Source: Amphiscolops sp. MND2022
Lineage: Eukaryota
NCBI GenBank assembly: GCA_964187785.1
Contig: OZ076409.1
Span: 47,680,001-47,744,000 of the forward strand
DNA length: 64,000 bases
Direction of reading: 5' to 3'
The translations under genes and the position numbers were made by a program. Below, one piece after another: positions 60,850-64,000 of the stretch (position 1 is the stretch's first letter; every line of letters begins with the position of its first letter). The notes beneath the pieces are model-generated. The model was not told where the DNA came from, did no database searches, and saw only the letters and a program-made list of their open reading frames with translations.

Positions 60850-63199
60850 TTCCTCACCAGGACACGACACAGAAAAGTGCGAATACTTTTGTGATATGAA
60901 TTTTTTTGCAAAAAGCCGCATACTTTTGGTAGAAAGTTTTTGGAAAGTTCACCTGAACTGTCCAAAATAGTTCTACCAAAAGTTCTTCAATTTTGGCAAA
61001 GTACTTTTTGGCTATCTGCATGTTACATTTGAGCTGCAAAGGAGTCCCCTTCGACAATAACACAACGCATGCCGGATTTAACGCAAACCGGGTATAAGGA
61101 ATTCCGGATATAACGTATACCAGATATAACGTTTCTTGGAGAATTTTTCAATGTTACAAAAAGGTCCCTTCTTTCAATTTTTAGGATATTGAGAATTGAT
61201 ACCAAGTCATTTGAAGTAAAAGGGTCCCCTTTGGAATTTTTTCCGGTATTGTGTTTTTCAACTTAACCGAACAGCTGTTTTATTCTCAATACCTTATCAT
61301 ACTTTGTTGAAACTTTTTCTGCTCTGTGCGTTTTTTCCGAAACTTTCATTTGACCTAAGCGCTTTCATAGTTAATTTCGGCCAAAGAAAAATTTAGTTAG
61401 TTTTGCGAGCTCAAAAATTCTTTTCTGGCACTATGAGTCTTCTCCAAAAAAATTTTTTTTCTCGCAAAGGGATTTTTGTGTTTCCAGGGGAAAATGTGGT
61501 TTCTGAGTCTTATGCGTTTGCTTTAGGGTATTTTTCGGCACTAAGAAATTGATAAAACTTTTAAAAAATTGTCCTTTGCATATTTAAGGAACTTGAGCGG
61601 GCCCTTCTTGGGCCGGTCCCGGCTTGTTTGAAAAGAAACGCGACTAACATATTGATTTTAATTTCGTTGTGTTTTTAAATAGCGCTTTTATAAAACAAAG
61701 GAGCCCGACTATTACAGTCACTTAGTTTTTTTGTCTTTCTTCAAGACAGACTCGAATTCGACGAATTTTTGTTCAGTTTGTTCAACTAAACAAATATCTG
61801 GGAAATGCATCTAAGTTATTTCAAAGGGTCCCCTTTACTTTTTTCTTCTTTAACACAACATAAAAAACCGGACAAGACTAATGAGTCCTCCCTTTCAACT
61901 TTTTTCGGCACTTAGTTTTTTTTGAAATATTTTTTGTCCCAAAGGGTCCCCTCTTGAAACGTTTTGATATTTTGCAACAAATTGGATGTTGAAAAATCCC
62001 AAAGGGTACCTTTGTACTTTTTCGGCACTATGAGACAGTTTCAAACACCTCATTTCCCACCTGTAATTAGGTTTTCTCAATATATATTCACAGATAATTT
62101 TTTTCACAACTGTTAGAATTTTTGACATTATATACTTACTATATTGCGGAGAAAAATTAGGCTTTTAAAAAACTTTGCGTTTTTGAGGCTTAAGTGGGGC
62201 GACGATTTGAGACGTTCCCGTCTTGTTGTAATTTTTCGTTTTTCAATACGGTCGAAGTGACTATTTCATGCCAAACGCAAATGTTTTACGGAATTCCTAC
62301 TAACTAGCAAATTGTTCGTACGAGTCCTTTCAAACTTTGACAAAAGGATTTGAATAAAAACGAGTTTTAAGCTTTATTTTCCGTGTTTTTTGGTAAAGAC
62401 TTCATTCGGATATATTTCAATAATTCAAAGAGGCCCGTTTTAGTTTTTTTGGACAATTTTGATAGAGAAAAAAAACCATTTTAAATCACAAAGGGTCAAT
62501 TTGTTTTTTTTCGGCACTGTGGAACTTTTTTGAGAAAATTTTCATTTCCGAAAAGGCTCTCGCCTTGGCTTTTAACGTTTCGGGTGGGAAAAAACTTGGG
62601 TTTCCTAATGTTTTTGGTGAGAATTAGAGCACTTTTAAGCCAAAAGGTTCCCCTTTTGATTTTGTTTCAGTAGTGCGAAATTCAGATTCATTCAAACGAG
62701 AATCCTTGACGCTTTGAAGTACTTCTGCTGTTTTTAGTCGGCGTTTTTTGAAGAAAATGAACGACTCTTACAGTGGCTAGTTTTTCTTCGTCAGTTCAAC
62801 GCGATCGGTCCACTTTTTCTGCTCATTCAGACTTTTTCTGTTCAGACTTTCAGAAGCTTCAGACTTTCAGAAGGAGAACGTAGGGTTTGAGTCTCGCACT
62901 AAACCACAAGTTTTTTACTGTTTCCAAAAGTAGAGGGTAGACCAGAGGATCCCCCCATTGGATTTTTTCGGCACTATGCGACTTTTTCCCGAAATTTGAA
63001 TTTTATCAATGGGTACCCCCTTGAATTTTTTTGAAGTTACCGGTTTGTAAAAAACGTTTATTGAGCCTAAAGGGTCTCTTTTTGGGTTTTTCGGCATTAT
63101 GCAACTTTCTTTACCAAATCCTTTTTTGAAAAATTTGAATTTTTCTCTCAGGCAAATTTTATGATGTTTCCAGTAAACTGGGACCATTCCTGGCTTGTT
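60850..63199 (+). mobile_element. Cluster of HINE-like family A copies (ends near 61628, 62227, 63199)
   Basis: 3' hairpin-CTTGTT ends; 5' TTTTTAGTCGGCG at 62731; shared internal motifs. Confidence 0.72.
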
Positions 63200-63509
63200 C
63201 AGGCTAATAATAACTACTTAGGTCGCTGCCAGCTTGTTCAACTCTGATGTTAATCGTTTCCACGAAAGCATTTGAAACGTGGAACTGAAAAACATCTGAA
63301 AAAAATACAATCTAAAATAGTACTGAATTTTTTTGAGTTTTGGTAAGTTTTTAAGGGTATTTTTTAGGCTTTTTAAGAATGTCCTCGGATGAGTGAGACA
63401 TTTTTCTTTATACACTATGGTATTGAAAAAGAGGTACCCTTGGAGAACTTTTGAAAAAAGGAACATTTTAACAAAAAACATACTTTATTCAAACAAATTA
63501 GCAGTTTAG

Positions 63510-64000
63510 TATCCAAATGGTGTGCTTTTCACCCGGGACACCTTTTCAATTCTACTTTCCATAGATTAATATAGTTTTGCTAGTTTCTTGATCAATATTG
63601 TTCAAAATTTCTAGTAATTGTTCTTCTAAATTTTCCCGAGAATCTGTCTGTTTGCGCAATCGTTCTTTAATAATGGCCCATAAATTCTCAATAGGGTTCA
63701 GGTCAGGGCTATATGCGAGGTAATCCGAGATTTTCCAGCTGTTTTCAGCAAAGTACTCCATAATTTTCGTCGCTTTATGGATAGGGGCGTTGCCTTCCTG
63801 ACAATCTAAAGCTTCAAAATGGAGAGTTTCTTGGTTTTCTGCAACACTTTCAGATATTCATCACTGTTCATGTTGTTCGAGCATTTAATAGGCATTTTGC
63901 GGTCATCAAATCGTATTGTTCCTCGAAATATAAGCGATTCTTTGTCTCTGCTAATTTTTAAAAAGTTTTCTTCATTTTACCTTGTTCCATTCTTCTTAAA
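63510..64000 (-). mobile_element. Tc1-like transposase C-terminal remnant, runs off the window
   Basis: QEGNAPIHKA...YSPDLNPIENLWAIIK. Confidence 0.85.

Overview
AT-rich, repeat-dense animal (invertebrate-type) genomic DNA; the species cannot be determined from the sequence. Two intact spliced genes lie on the + strand. The first is a 15-exon kinesin-2 heavy chain of the KIF17/OSM-3 type (1592-24334, about 989 aa when the exons are joined by hand). The second is a two-coding-exon neurocalcin/hippocalcin-type neuronal calcium sensor (36887-38134, 191 aa). Introns and intergenic DNA hold at least four unrelated non-autonomous repeat families with Helentron/DINE-1 (HINE) architecture, several MITEs, and decayed intronless ORFs resembling BTB-BACK, F-box and LIM/zinc-finger proteins. 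41.2-54.1 kb is a nest: a decayed Ty3/gypsy element interrupted by a 1.67-kb solo LTR, a Bel/Pao element (with a HINE in one LTR), a fold-back rearrangement and a Tc1 element. The most unusual item is 54567-57701: a 2.2-kb LTR-like unit with a promoter, a splice donor and a 47-bp tandem array of covarying hairpins, then a PBS-like site and an intact TRAF-C/MATH-like ORF where gag would be expected. Second is a candidate exon in the last kinesin intron that is in frame with both kinesin and neurocalcin. All domain calls are by eye, without searches.
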